Positions 49,712-64,000 of a DNA stretch of 64,000 nucleotides are shown here, piece after piece. This DNA comes from Octopus sinensis (Eukaryota). The stretch's first letter is position 1; each line of letters begins with the position of its first letter. The notes beneath the pieces were generated by a model. It was not told the origin of the DNA. It did not search any database and saw only the letters and a program-made list of their open reading frames with translations. Made by a program: the position numbers and the translations under genes. The stretch spans positions 8,246,001 to 8,310,000 of the forward strand of contig NC_043023.1 in assembly GCF_006345805.1 (NCBI RefSeq). The letters are read 5' to 3'.

Positions 49712-49750
49712 GTATCTATCGATCTAGATAGATAGATAGATAGATAGATA
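48705..49750. repeat. Cluster of (TATG)n, (CA)n and (TATC)n/(TCAA)n microsatellites
   Basis: Visible at about 48705-49060, 49310-49400 and 49505-49750. Confidence 0.95.
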
Positions 49751-51582
49751 TATGGTAGGTTGGCAGGGAGGTAGGTATGTGTGTCGGTAGGTAGATAGGT
49801 AGGTAGGTAGGTAGTAAGCTAGGTATACACGGTTAGACTTGAGACATTGTGTTTACTTGGATTCCAAAATACAAATAATAAAATATATATTGACCTTCAC
49901 CGCAAACTCACTCATGATCTTCATATCTCCAGAGGTAGCAGACGAGAGTTCGTTTCATTTGTGTGCCCTGGATATTATTCAAGTTATGGCTGTCTTGAAA
50001 CAACTGTCGAGGGAAGGCTTTTATAATTCTTCTATTTAGTTTGTTTCGTTCCTCTTCATTTTGTATTCTGTATTTTGTGTGTTCCAAGCTTAAATGTATT
50101 TATCTACCTTGCTATCTCCATAACAGTTCGATAACGATTACACTTCAGGTAACTGTCTATGCTGAAGAGCTGGTCGTGGATAAAGAGGATGTAGTCAAGT
50201 TCTCATCCATTTGAGTACTACACTAAGATATATACACTAAGATTATGTGGCTTTCATCTACTCACTGTATATATACAAACAGACACAGACAGAGACATAC
50301 ACACGCACACACCACATATATATATTCTTTATTGCCCACAAGGGTTTAAACACAGAGGGGACAAACAAGAATAGACAAAGGGTTAAGTTTATTACATCGA
50401 CCCCAGTGCGAAACGGGTACTTTATTTATCGACCCCGAAAGGATGAAAGGCAAAGTCGACCTCGACGGAATTTGAACTCAGAACGTAACGGCAGACGAAA
50501 TACGGCTACGCATTTCGCCTGGCGCGCTAACGTTTCTGCCAGCTCGCCGCCTTGCACATACATATATATACATAGAGAGAGAGAGAGGGGGAGAGAGAGA
50601 GAGAGAGAGAGAGATAAAGAGAAAGAAAGAAAGAAGGAAAAAGAAATAGAAATGTAATGTTTGTCGGCACTCAAACATAGCTGTTCTAAACCCCAGACCC
50701 TGAACGGTTTCGACCTCTTTGTGGTCATCCACGGTGGACGTACACATGGGCGCGCGCGTCAGTGTGGACGTGTATAGTGGAATAGTGGTGTAAGCACGGA
50801 ACAACTAGTTTCAGCTGTTTAACCGCATCTGATCTCACCTGATACCGATTATTTCCCTATTCTGCCTTTCTTCTGTCATACACGCTGCTGCTCACTTGAA
50901 TCACTGCCTTAAGCTAATCTTTATCAAGCAGTTATAACATACCGGTTATTTTAGTTGCTGTTCAAGTTAAAGCTTCGGCTATAAGTCACCATGAGCACTA
51001 AATGCATGTATCTATTATCTTTCGTCAGCAGACGCAAAATTACCAGAATTTTATATAAGCGTATAAATAGGCATAGGAATGGCTGTGTGGTAAGTAGCTT
51101 GCTTACCAACCACATGGTTCCGGGTTTAGTCCCACTGCGTGGCACCTTGGGCAAGTGTCTTCTGCTATAGCCTCGGGCCGACCAAAGCCTTGTGAGTGGA
51201 TTTGGTAGACGGAAACTGAAAGAAGCCCGTCGTATATATTATAGGTGTAGGAGTGGCTGTGTGGTAAGTAGCTTGCTTACCAACCACATGGTTCCGGGTT
51301 CAGTCCCACTGCGTGGCACCTTGGGCAAGTGTCTTCTACTATAGCCTCAGGCCGACCAAAGCCTTGTGAGTGGATTTGGTAGACGGAAACTGAAAGAAGC
51401 CCGTCGTATATATTATAGGTGTAGGAGTGGCTGTGTGGTAAGTAGCTTGCTTACCAACCACATGGTTCAGGGTTCAGTCCCACTGCGTGGCACCTTGGGC
51501 AAGTATCTTCTACTATAGCCTCGGGCCGACCAAAGCCTTGTGAGTGGATTTGGTAGACGGAAACTGAAAGAAGCCCATCGTA

Positions 51583-51658
<76 letters not shown>

Positions 51659-54605
51659 TGAGTGTGTATATGTTTGTGTGTCTGTGTTTGTCCCCCAAAC
51701 ATCGCTTGACAACAGATGCTGGTGTGTTTACGTCTCCGTAACTTAGCGGTTCGGCAAAAGAGACCGATGGAATAAGTACTAGTCTTACAAAGAATAAGTC
51801 CTGGGATCGATTTGTTCGACTAAAGGCGGTCCTCCAGCATGGCCACAGTCAAATGACTGAAACAAGTAAAAGAGTAAAAAGAGAGTAAGAGTATAGCGGG
51901 GAGCCTGTCCGGACCCACTGCTGAATCAGTTTTGATTTCTCTTATTGCTGCTAAGATATCAGTAGCGTCGAAGGAAGGACATGTTGAGTATTCAAAGAAG
52001 CAAAGCTGCTTGAGTCAACTGAATCAGGGTCACTGAAAACAGAGCAGTATTAACTTTGCAGGATCTCAGCCATGTCCTGAATCGTAAATTTTGTCTGCTG
52101 TTTTTATGAAATTGCTGTTATTATTGGGTTAAAGGTAATTTTCAAAATATATGAGTAACAAACAACTTAATACATTCCTGGCAGTAAAGAAAGTAGACAT
52201 TGTAACTTCTAAATGAATGACTATTCCTGTCATCATGTCTGAGAACTGGTATCCTCAAACATAACCACCATTCTACCATTTGTTTTGCCTTTATGCTCCC
52301 CTAAGGATGCATAATCAGTGAGCCCTGAGTTTTCTTCTGACTCAATTTATTGCCAGTATTGAGTCCCTTTTCCTTCCCTTTTCACAACCACACACAAATA
52401 TTGTGGGTTTATGTTCCTAGACATCCCTCTCCATCTGTGGCTGTTAAACCCACATTGGCCTCCCAGTTTTATCGCCAGTGTGACTGGATACAGTAGTTCC
52501 CTCTCCCAGAGACATCCTACCAAACTGTACAAAACCGTCCTGGTTCTATCATGTTTTAAAGATATCTAAATTAAATCCTTATTTTATGTTAATTCATGTT
52601 CCAAACATCAGCTTAAAAATGAATGTTATTTTCCTAAATTCTTTCTTATTTTCAAAATAAATGGATATAAAGGTAGTATATTTCAACAGAAATAGGGTAA
52701 CAAAAGGGTGAGCAAAGCTGAAAAAGGGACAGATCTCAGTGGTGTTACAACAGACCAAACAACCTGCAGTTCTTAAGTCTCTGTGCAACTGTTAGATCAC
52801 ACAGGAGGACAATTTTGAACATAATTTTCATTGGTTTACATTAAAATTAGGTATACTGATTTTTCAAAACTATAGTTAGTTTTCCTCTCCCATCCAAAAT
52901 GCTTCTTCTACAGCTTACTCTCTGAATAAGCACTCTTGTATCTTTACTCATAACAATGGAAAACATTTTATTTGTCATAGTTTTCACAATTAGTCCTACT
53001 TTAATTTGATGGTTTTGGGTTCAGAAATGCCCTCAGAAATTTTTTAGCATGTCGAGATTTTCGCTAAACAGGAATTTTAACAAAGCTTTTCAGTCTTGCA
53101 ATTAAATGCATACCAAAATAAGAAACTAATACAAAACAAATAGTACTTTTGTAGCAGGATATATCTCAAACAATCAACTTTAAAATGTACGTATCATCTC
53201 AATATTGTGGCTTCTTTACAGAATATCAGGGGACAGGTTGAAAGTTCGATAATATTTTATTGAAAATCGTTTTAGATTGTTTTATTTGCGTTTCCATCAG
53301 GTTATTCTAAGCACATATAGGATGGAAATTATATAAATATGATATTGCACAACAAATTTCTAAAGAAATTCTGCAACTGGGAATTTGCCAAAAATTGCAA
53401 GAAACTCAAAATGAAAACAAGGTTTGTTTATCAAAAGATAATATCCAAATGGAAGCAAAAATAAGGGGGAAATCTGAGGAAAATAGGGGAATAAATATAT
53501 TTTTTTACGAAACAAATTGTTCTTTCTATGAAACTGAAATTAGAAAGTACAAAAAATTAAATTTGTTCAAAGGTTTTTGCAAAGAAAAAACGCATTTTTC
53601 TCCAAACCTGAATAATAACAGTCAAAGGGAAATAACCACAGTTCTTTAAAGGGATATAATAAGAGTGCCCCTTTCTTACAAACACCCTAGCCGCATAGGC
53701 AGTTGCTGTGTTTGTTGTTCGTTAATAATTTTTTCTTCTTCATAAGCGATCAAAACAAGTTTGGAAATATTATTCTGTATGAAAACCATTTATGTCGATG
53801 TCTTTTATGAAATGTTGGCAATGTTACGAATGACTATGAATTGACAACAGAAATATTTTGAAAAGTATTTAAAATATTCGTAAGCACAAATAACGAAATA
53901 CGCTTAGTACATTTGCTTAGACTGTTAATGGCAATAAGCGAAACTTCCAGTCTTCGAGTCACTCTGTAACTTTGACCATATTATATAAAATAAGACATAT
54001 TTATGTTTCGTATTAGCGTAGAAATCAATTAATTTCACCTTCTATTGATCTATTTTTTAACTTAATTTAAATCCTCATTTAAATCTTGCCGTCGCGTGAG
54101 ATATATTTGCTGCGGAATAATCATTTGCACCGATAAAATATTTTGTCGAAATAAACGACAAAACTGTCAGAAATGATCAAATGTCATTTTTTCCTCGTTG
54201 GAGCCTTTCTTTTATCAAATAAATCTTCTCAAATGTGTGTAATGTAATATTAACTTCGTGTTTGTCATGAGAACCCAGTTATTTCATATCAAAACAATTG
54301 TTGCTTCCCACTCCAATGTACACTTTTCTATATTTCCTTGTCATCCATCCATGGCCTTCTCGCTGGTGCTGCTAATATGAAATTGCGTCTTTATGTTTTT
54401 CATTCCACCCTTGTTTTTTTCCATCTAAGTCATTCGTAACATTGCCAACATCTCATAAAAGACATCGACATAAACCCACAATATTTGTTTGTGTTTGTGA
54501 AAAGGGAAATGATAAAGGACTCAAATCTGGCAATAAATTGAGTCAGAAGAAAACTCAGGGCTCACTGATTATGCATCCTTAGGTGAGCATAAAGGCACAA
54601 CGAAT

Positions 54606-55276
54606 GGTAGAATGGTAGATTTATAAAACATCATTTTTTCTTGGCTTTATTGAGAAAATTCTATAGTTTGTAACATATTTCCACTTTAAAATCGAGCATT
54701 TCGGCAATTTTAACCAATCGCTCACCTCATTTGGGGTGAAAAGATTCCGTGCTGTATGAATATGTCCTTTGTTTAAGAAACCGATTGGGTTTATTTACAT
54801 TTGCGAAGAAAAAAAAGATACCCTTCTCCCACCCCTAACCCTAACCCTAACCCTAACCCTAATTCTAAAATAGATTGAAATGCAATAGATCGATACTAGG
54901 GTCATAATTATGGGTGACATTTTCCTTTGACACCGCTAGAAAAAAATCCCATTTTCCGTAGAGGTATCGTATGAAATTGTCACCCATAATTATGACCCTA
55001 GTATCGATCTATTGCATTTCAAACTATTTTAGGATTAGGGTTAGGGTTAGGGGTGGGGCAAGGGTATCTTTTTTCTTCGCAAATGTAAATAAACCCAATC
55101 GGTTTCTTAAACAAGGAACATATTCATACAGCACAGAATCTTTTCACCCAAAATGGAGGTGAGCGATTGGTTAAAATTGCCGAAATGCTCGAAATTTCAG
55201 ACGAAATATCTTACAAACTATAGAATTTTCTCAATAAAGCCAAGAAAAAAATGATGTTTTATAAACACATTCTACC
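54606..55276. mobile_element. Foldback MITE with arms of about 310 bp containing (CCCTAA)n
   Basis: 54606-~54915 is the reverse complement of ~54975-55276. (CCCTAA)5 lies at 54833-54862 and (TTAGGG)3 at 55035-55052. Confidence 0.82.
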
Positions 55277-56850
55277 AGGATACGAAGTTTAAAAGTGTTT
55301 AGTTAACTAAAAATTGTGTTGACATGTGCCGTTCAAAAGGAAAAGATCCCCAAAAAGAAGCACAAAGCAAGTCAGAATGAAAGCGAAACCTTACAAGATG
55401 GTACACGAGGACAACATATACTTGATATTAGCAAACAGCATACAACGAGAGGGAGCAAACATGAATAATTTAAGGAAAATTTAAGGACAACATATACTTG
55501 ATACTAGCAAACAGCATACAACGAGAGGGAGCAAACATGAATAATTCAAGGAAAATTTGTGGACAATAAATACTTTTATGAAACATTTTTAATATTCTTT
55601 TTCTTTGCGTGTTTTACTAGTTTAAGCTAGTAAGTGTTTGTTTAAAATATAATTTGTAGGTACGAGTATAAACGAATATACACACGCAGGTCCACACACA
55701 CATACACACACATACACATACATGCATACACTCTCTCTTTTACTTGTTTCAGTCATTTGACTGCGGCCATGCTGGAGCACCCCTTTAATCGAGCAACTCG
55801 ACCCCGGGACTTATTCTTTTGTAAGTCCAGTACTTATTCTATCGGTCTCTTTTGCCGAACCGCTAAGTGACGGGGACGTAAACACACCAGCATCGGTTGT
55901 CAAGCAATGCTAGGAGGACAAATACAGACACACAAACATATACACACACATACATATATATATACATATATACGACAGGCTTCTTTCAGTTTCCGTCTAC
56001 CAAATCCACTCACAAGGCATTGGTCGGCACGAGGCTATAGTAGAAGACACTTGCCCAAGGTGCCACACAGTGGGACTGGACCCGGAACCTTATGGTTCAT
56101 AAGCAAGCTACTTACCACACAGCCACTCCTGAAATAATATATAAATATATATGCATACATGCAAGTATATACGTACATACATATATTTGTATATACATGC
56201 GTATATCGGCACAGGACACCACGAAACGTAAAGAACATAAAATAAATATAAAATACGAAAATTCAGCCATAATCGAGTTAATATTTCTTTTCTAAACAGT
56301 TTTATTTTTGGATGGGATTCTGTGTTCTCTTTTCCATTTATGGAAACTATGAAAGTAAGTCGGAACACTCTGTATATGGCAGTAAGATTAGAACCAGGAA
56401 AATTCCTCACCACCATTAACAACACCTACAACAACAACAGCAGCAACAAGGCTCAGTGGGAATCATTAGCAAAATTATCATTTGCATAATGAAACGAGCT
56501 GAGAAGGAGTGTGTCTATAGAAGATATTATGATATTAAATGAATTAAACAGGCCAACAGGTTGACATTAGAAGCTAGAAATGTTGAATGTATTCGAATAA
56601 CAATAACGGTGATAGGATTATCACAGTAATTAATAAATAATTTCCATGGATCGAACAGAGCAACAAATAAAACAGTCGAACAAGCAAAAAAGAACAAGAG
56701 ACAAAATAGCGTGTTACGATATGTGTACGTGCTTGAGTGTGTGTGTATGCATACATAGGGTAAGAAAGCGCTAAACAATGTGTATAATTACCAGCTTGTT
56801 ACCAGTTCAAATATGCTTGAGGCCTACTCGAATCCGTAAAAAAACCGTTC

Positions 56851-57875
56851 ACAGTATATTGTTGTATTGGGGGGAAATTTTCGCTGTAAATACATAGGTG
56901 TAAACACACCATAGCCTAATGGTTAGGGTGTTACAGGTAGTAAAACAATACATTTCACGAGTTGTTCTGTTATCATTTCGACATCTGACGTGTGGCACAG
57001 TTCTGGACATGTACAGGCAATGTCGATTTCATGGCAGGGAGCAAACCTACGAGCACAATAACTCCACACCCCCACCAAATATATATATATGTTCTTCTTC
57101 TTCTTCTTCTTCCTACCAAGAATTCACACGAACCTTGAACCCACAAGAGTAAACAAGAGAGACAAAGAAAGGCAGAAACAAGAAAAATGCCACTTATATT
57201 TGAACACTATACAAATATTGTTTTAAAACAACTTTTCTTTTAATTTTTCTAAATTTAATTATTTAATTGTTACAGTTGAAATAATCTCAAATGACCGAAA
57301 CCGGTTCCGAAATGTTCTTTATAAAATTATTTCAGCATTATCTATCTTGACTTGTTTTTTCATATATATATATATATATATACGTCATCTTTTATTTTTT
57401 ACAAGTTTCAGCCATGCTGGACACCACTTTGGAGAATTTTAATCAAGTTTATCGAATCCAGTATTTGTTATTTTATTTGTTAAGCCTTGTATCATTGTAT
57501 CGGTCTCTTATCCCAAACCACAAAGTTACGGATGTGTAAACACACCGACACCGGTTGTCAAGCAGTGGTGAGGGGTCAAGCACTTAGCACACATACACAC
57601 ATTTATGATGGGTCCTTTTCAGATTCCGTCCATCAAATCCATTCACGCTTTAAGTATAATATATACTTAATATTAAGGAGTAAATCCAAACTTACAGGGA
57701 AAAATTAGATTAGGATTAAATCTAATTTTATAGTATAAATATATATATATTAAATTAGAGATAAAACCACTATTAGGCAAATCAAACAGTGAAAAACATA
57801 AACCAAAACATAGAAATAAAATTAATTAATATAATATACAAAATATATTATATATATATATATATTATATATATA

Positions 57876-57920
<45 letters not shown>

Positions 57921-58917
57921 TTTGTATATTATATTAATTAATTTTATTTCTATGTTTTGGTTTATGTTTTTCACTGTTTGATTTGCCTAATAGTGGTTTT
58001 ATCTCTAATTTAATATATATATATTTATACTATAAAATTAGATTTTATCCTAAATCTAATTTTTCCCTGTAAGTTTGGATTTACTCCTTAATATTAAGTA
58101 TATATATATACTTAAAGCGTGAATGGATTTGATGGACGGAATCTGAAAAGGACCCATCATAAATGTGTGTATGTGTGCTAAGTGCTTGACCCCTCACCAC
58201 TGCTTGACAACCGGTGTCGGTGTGTTTACACATCCGTAACTTTGTGGTTTGGGATAAGAGACCGATACAATGATACAAGGCTTAACAAATAAAATAACAA
58301 ATACTGGATTCGATAAACTTGATTAAAATTCTCCAAAGTGGTGTCCAGCATGGCTGAAACTTGTAAAAAATAAAAGATGACGTATATATATATATATATA
58401 TATGAAAAAACAAGTCAAGATAGATAATGCTGAAATAATTTTATAAAGAACATTTCGGAACCGGTTTCGGTCATTTGAGATTATTTCAACTTTAACAATT
58501 AAATAATTAAATTTAGAAAAATTAAAAGAAAAGTTGTTTTAAAACAATATTTGTATAGTGTTCAAATATAAGTGGCATTTTTCTTGTTTCTGCCTTTCTT
58601 TGTCTCTCTTGTTTACTCTTGTGGGTTCAAGGTTCGTGTGAATTCTTGGTAGGGAAGAAGAAGAAGAAGAAGAACATATATATATATATTTGGTGGGGGT
58701 GTGGAGTTATTGTGCTCGTAGGTTTGCTCCCTGCCATGAAATCGACATTGCCTGTACATGTCCAGAACTGTGCCACACGTCAGATGTCGAAATGATAACA
58801 GAACAACTCGTGAAATGTATTGTTTTACTACCTGTAACACCCTAACCATTAGGCTATGGTGTGTTTACACCTATGTATTTACAGCGAAAATTTCCCCCCA
58901 ATACAACAATATACTGT
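56851..58917. repeat. Palindrome of about 2 kb centred on a (TA)n tract
   Basis: 56851-~57870 is the near-perfect reverse complement of ~57890-58917; identical ORFs appear on opposite strands in the ORF track. Confidence 0.93.
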
Positions 58918-58925
58918 ATATATAT

Positions 58926-58956
<31 letters not shown>

Positions 58957-59063
58957 AACTTTTGTATAAGTTTTTACCGATAATGTTTTTTTTTCCATAC
59001 CGAACTACTTGGTAAAAGTTATAATTATTGAATTAGTAATTCTTTACCCTGTATGTATGTATG

Positions 59064-59097
<34 letters not shown>

Positions 59098-59281
59098 TGT
59101 ATGTATGTATGTATGTATGTATGTATGTATGTATGAATGTATGTGTGTGTGTATGTATGTATGTATGTATGAATGTATGTGTGTGTGTATGTATGTATGT
59201 ATGTAAGTATGTATGTATGTATGTATGTATGTATGTATGTGTGTGTATGTATGCATGCATGCATACATGTATGTATGTATG

Positions 59282-59381
59282 NNNNNNNNNNNNNNNNNNN
59301 NNNNNNNNNNNNNNNNNNNNNNNNNNNNNNNNNNNNNNNNNNNNNNNNNNNNNNNNNNNNNNNNNNNNNNNNNNNNNNNNN
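59282..59381. other. Assembly gap (100 N)
   Basis: Run of N. Confidence 1.
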
Positions 59382-60803
59382 GTTTTCAACATGAGTTTTC
59401 AAGTTGATTCCCTGCACAGTCATCTTGACTACTCTCTTGGAAATCATAGAGCAATAAGTGAACAAGTTGAAAGGCTCGATGAAGAGATGGAGACCATGGA
59501 GACTAGATCTCAAACATGATCGCTGACGACTACCTCTGGTCTGTGCAAAGAGATTATCGTGACGCATGTTATTTATGCAAAGCAGCAAAGAGAAAATTCA
59601 CTCCTAACCCTTTCATTACTGTATTTATTTTGAGATGCTCCACGTTTCATTCATTATTTTAAATATAACAAAGAATTTAGAAAATAATTTAGTTATCATT
59701 AAGCTAGTGTTAAGAACATAAATTGCGACTAAGGTTTGGTGGAAGATTTTAATGCAAAACTTATGAAAACAAGACATTTGTACTACAGAGCCAGAGCTGG
59801 TTTTGGCCGGGTTGGTAATGAAAGGGTTAAATAGCCCAAACTCTACTTCCACAGACATAGCTATTCTAAAGTATGTAATTAAGCATTATGTGTAATATAT
59901 TTTTCTGAAAAAAGAGACACTATTTATTTTGTATTAGTTTCTTATTTCAATACCAATTTAAAAGCAAAATTGAAATTTTCTGCTAGAAGATTAATTTCTG
60001 TTTAACAAAAAACTTGACATGACAGAAAATTTCTGAGGGCATTTCTGAACGCAACACCATTTAATTAAGGTGGGACTAATTGTGAAAACCATGACAAATT
60101 AAATGTTCTCCAGTGTTATGAGTAAAGATACAAGAGTGCTTATTCAGAGAGTAAGCTGTAGAAGAAGCATCTGAGGTGAAAGATGAAAACTAACTATAGT
60201 TTTAAAAAATCAGTATACCAAATTTTAATGTAAACCAAATGAAAATTATGTTCAAAATTGTCCTCCTGTGTGATCTAACATTTGCACACAGACTTAAGAA
60301 CTCCAGGTTCTTTGGTCTGTTGTAACACCACTGAGATCTGTCCCTTTTCAGCTTTGCTAACCCTTTTGTTACCCTATTTCTGTTGAAATATACTACCTTT
60401 ATATCAATATATTTTGAAAATAAAGAATTTAATAAAATACCTTTGTCGTTTTTAAGCTGATGTTTGGAACATGAATTAACATAAAACAAGGTTTTAATTT
60501 AGATATCTTTAAACATATTTGATCGGTGGAAATGATTTTTCCGCAGCAAAAATATTGGGCAATAAAGAAATAAATATTTTCATTTTCATTTTATATTTTC
60601 AACATTATAGGCACATGAGGGGCTGTGTGGTTAGTATAGGTGCAGGAGTGACTGTATAGTAAGTAGCTTGCTTATCAACCACATGGTTCCGGGTTCAGTC
60701 CCACTACGTGGCACCTTGGGCAAGTGTCTTCTACTATAGCCTCGGGCTAACCAAAGCTTTGTGAGTGGATTTGGTAGACGGAAACTGAAAGAAGCCCGTC
60801 GTA

Positions 60804-60858
<55 letters not shown>

Positions 60859-61528
60859 TATAATATATATATATGATAGTAATGTAATACGAGAGTATTG
60901 CTTTCCAGTAAAGGATAGCCCGTGAGGGTAAAATTATACATAAAAGTAAATAAATGGTACAACGAAGCACCGGTATTTACTGGAAAATAGCGAACGTAAT
61001 AAAAACGACGCTAATGTGTAGCTTCACTGCGTATGTACTAGTAAAGATGCGTGTGTGCAACAAACATGAAAAATATTGTCTAACCTCTTATTATACTTTT
61101 ATATATAATTTTACCCTCACGGGCTATCCTTTACTGGAAAGCAATACTCTCGTATTGCATTACTATTTTCATTGAAACTTCTTCACTGTTCTCGTTCTGT
61201 TAACGTTTTGGCGTTCAGACGAGTGTACTGGCATAGATGTGGCAACATTTGAAATATTGTCGAGGTTTATGCTGCTGATGAAGATAAATCAAATATACGT
61301 TTGGCAAGCGTATTTTGAAAAATCCGAAACCGGTACTGCATTATCCGTTATCTAGGTTTTTCATTTTTCAGATGTTCTTCCTAGAGGTAAGACAATTTTT
61401 TTCATGTTTGTTGCACACACGCATCTTTACTAGTACATACGCAGTGAAGCTATACATTAGCATCGTATTTATTAGGTTCGCTATTTTCCAGTAAATACCG
61501 GTGCTTCGTTGTACCATTTATTTACTTT

Positions 61529-61572
<44 letters not shown>

Positions 61573-64000
61573 TATATATATATATATGCGCGTATGTTTG
61601 TGTGTCTGTGTTTGTCCCCCTAGCATTGCTTGACAACCGATGCTGGTGTGTTTATGTTCCCATCACTTAGCGGTTCGGCAAAAGAGACCGATAGAATAAG
61701 TACTGGGCTTACAAAGAATAAGTCCCGGGGTTGAGTTGCTCGATTAAAGGCGGTGCTCAAGCATGGCCGCAGTCAAATGACTGAAACAAGTAAAAGAGAA
61801 AGAGAAAAGAGAGGGGTAGTGCTCATGTTGAACGTGAGAGATAAAGCCGAAAGACATTAACTCCGAAGTCAGACTATAGGAGTTAATGGCTGATCACTGC
61901 TGAAGTTGTACTCCACATTCTTTACAAGTGGTATTGCTACATTCAAGCACCATGTTTCAACGTAACTCCATAAATACTGTACATGTGATTGTTCTTTGAG
62001 CTGCTGGTACTTGGACACCAGAGATGAATCTATGGTATTAACTTGGAACTCACCTGAAATGGTAAATATAGAATTCTGTGTCTGTACATTTTATTAGAGA
62101 TATCTGAATCAGAAAACTCACAAGATAATTACAGTTGAGAAATATTATCTAGAAAAGAATTCAACAATGCTTTCCCTACCAAATTTATTGAAGACTGTCT
62201 ATAGCCAGCTGGAGGAGGTTTCCTCCTGGGGCTACAAATTACAGTAGCATCCACCCTTAGGGGTTAGCCATATTTAATGGCAAATATACGTCACGATGTG
62301 TTGCAGCTACTGTTTATAACTCGCTCTAAGATTTATTATTGCTTGTTTAACACTTTTTCGATATCAGTGTCTGTACGATACTGGAAAAAGGATATGTATT
62401 TGTGAAGGGAACCTACTTTTCATCGACAACTGTGATTGTCACATGCCGATGACGAATCAATACTCAGAAACTCAAGTCCATGTGTATCATAAGTTGAAGA
62501 CGGGAATTATGGCTTCCTTTTGCAAATACTGATAGGGCACAGAAGGTGTGTCTATAGCCAGCTGGAGGAGGTGTCCTCCTGGGGCTACAAACTACAGTAG
62601 CATCAACCCTTAGGGGTTAGCCATGTTTAAATGGCAAATATACGTCACTATATATTTTGTTCTATCTTATGTAATCTGTTTTTAATTATTTTAATTCAAA
62701 TTTAAATTTGAAGTTTCCATCTTAATTAGATGTAAGAACCCTTTGTAAAGTCATTTTACTAAATCACTCCAAATTCTTAATTACTTGCAAAATTATTTAA
62801 CATACTCTCTCTCTTTTACTTGTTTCAGTCATTTGACTGCGGCCATGCTGGAGCACCGCCTTTAGTCGCGCAAATCGACCCCGGGACTTATTCTTTGTAA
62901 GCCCAGTACTTATTCTATCGGTCTCTTTTGCCGAACCGCTAAATGATGGGGATGTAAACACACCAGCATCGGTTGTCAAGCAATGCTAGGGGGACAAACA
63001 TACACATACATATATATACATATATACGACGGGTTTCTTTCAGTTTCCGTCTACCAAATCCACTCACAAGGCATTGGTCGGCCCGAGGCTATAGCAGAAG
63101 ACTCTTGCCCAAGATGCCACGCAATGGGACTGAACCCGGAACCATGTGGTTGGTAAGCAAGCTACTTACCACACAGCCACTCCTACATACAGAGGTATTT
63201 TTTAAAACTAGTAAATGTTACGAAATGGTTAAAATGTTTTTGTTTAAAATAGAAATGTGTGTGTGATCATGTATTAACTTTACTTACACATATATGTTGG
63301 GGACCGCTTTTCCTCTTAAATATAGATTTCTGTCTAAGATATTCAATATATCTCACTGTATCTACAGTAAATTTTTTAAATGTCAACATTTCAGAATATT
63401 ATCATGGTTAGATTTACATTTTATTACCTCATTAATCCTTTAATTAATAACTCATTAATTATCAAAAGTGTTCAGTAATATCTACAGAAATGGACTCGTC
63501 CATAAATCAATAACTAACATTTTCATATAAAAAACTATATTTGTAAACAATAAATGTTTACGTGTACATAATTAATTAATTTGATGTAATGGTTCCTTAA
63601 TCAATTTTAATGGTTGAGTATTCCACAGACATCTATATCCTGATGCGATATGTGACGAATCTGTCCCTTTCGAGTGCAATCCATCTAATATGCTTCTCCA
63701 CAATTTCACTTTAAATGTTTTGGGTTAATCCGAGGCTATGACAGACAACATTGGTCCAGTGACATTACTGGTGCACATCTTACTGATCCCAGAGTGACAA
63801 TAGATTCTGGTAGGATTTGAACTTGCAACATAAAGAGACAAAACTAAAAATCGTATTGTAATCATTCTGTATTTACTACAAGGATCAAAGAAAGGGGTAT
63901 TTTACGCGAAATGTAGTGTTTTACATGAACTGAATGAAGGGAAAGAATTCGAACCCATAATATTGAGGTAATTTGTTTTTGTTTGTTCCTTCTCGAGCCA
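59382..64000 (+). repeat. Second copy of 32163-36782
   Basis: Starts immediately after the gap and runs to the window end. Confidence 0.95.

Noticed and set aside
50701-50735. Hammerhead-like GACC-ACAAAGA-GGTC-GAAACCGTT on the minus strand
   Set aside because: The core is degraded (CCGTGGA) and there is no helix I pairing.
51067-51588. CRISPR-like array
   Set aside because: Tandem SINE heads with no unique spacers, in a eukaryotic context.
54833-55052. Telomere or chromosome-fusion site
   Set aside because: Only 3-5 hexamers, symmetrically embedded in MITE arms.

Overview
This is AT-rich eukaryotic DNA dominated by repeats. The tRNA-derived SINEs, (TA)n/(TATG)n microsatellites and C2H2 zinc-finger remnants point to a cephalopod, probably Octopus (inference). 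I found no intact host gene. Retroelements include two near-full-length Penelope-like elements (PLEs): a Neptune-type copy at 11.4-15.0 kb and a young, probably Hydra-clade copy at 41.1-47.6 kb with direct and inverted pseudo-LTRs. There are also several PLE pLTR remnants, a 3-kb CR1-type LINE, several RTE LINE fragments (one family has a PHD finger inside its RT) and a possible solo LTR. DNA transposons are a Chapaev3-like remnant plus hAT and piggyBac MITEs. At least four SINE families are present. Host-derived remnants are two C2H2-ZNF pseudogene fragments and an ankyrin-repeat pseudogene. A 4.6-kb near-identical duplication beside a 100-N gap and a 2-kb palindrome may be assembly artefacts. 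The most notable signal is a set of hammerhead-ribozyme (HHR) motifs from about seven PLE families. Two families have an unusually long helix II, one has a U3-A8 core swap, and one element carries three HHR copies. All folds and translations were done by eye; coordinates are good to a few bases.
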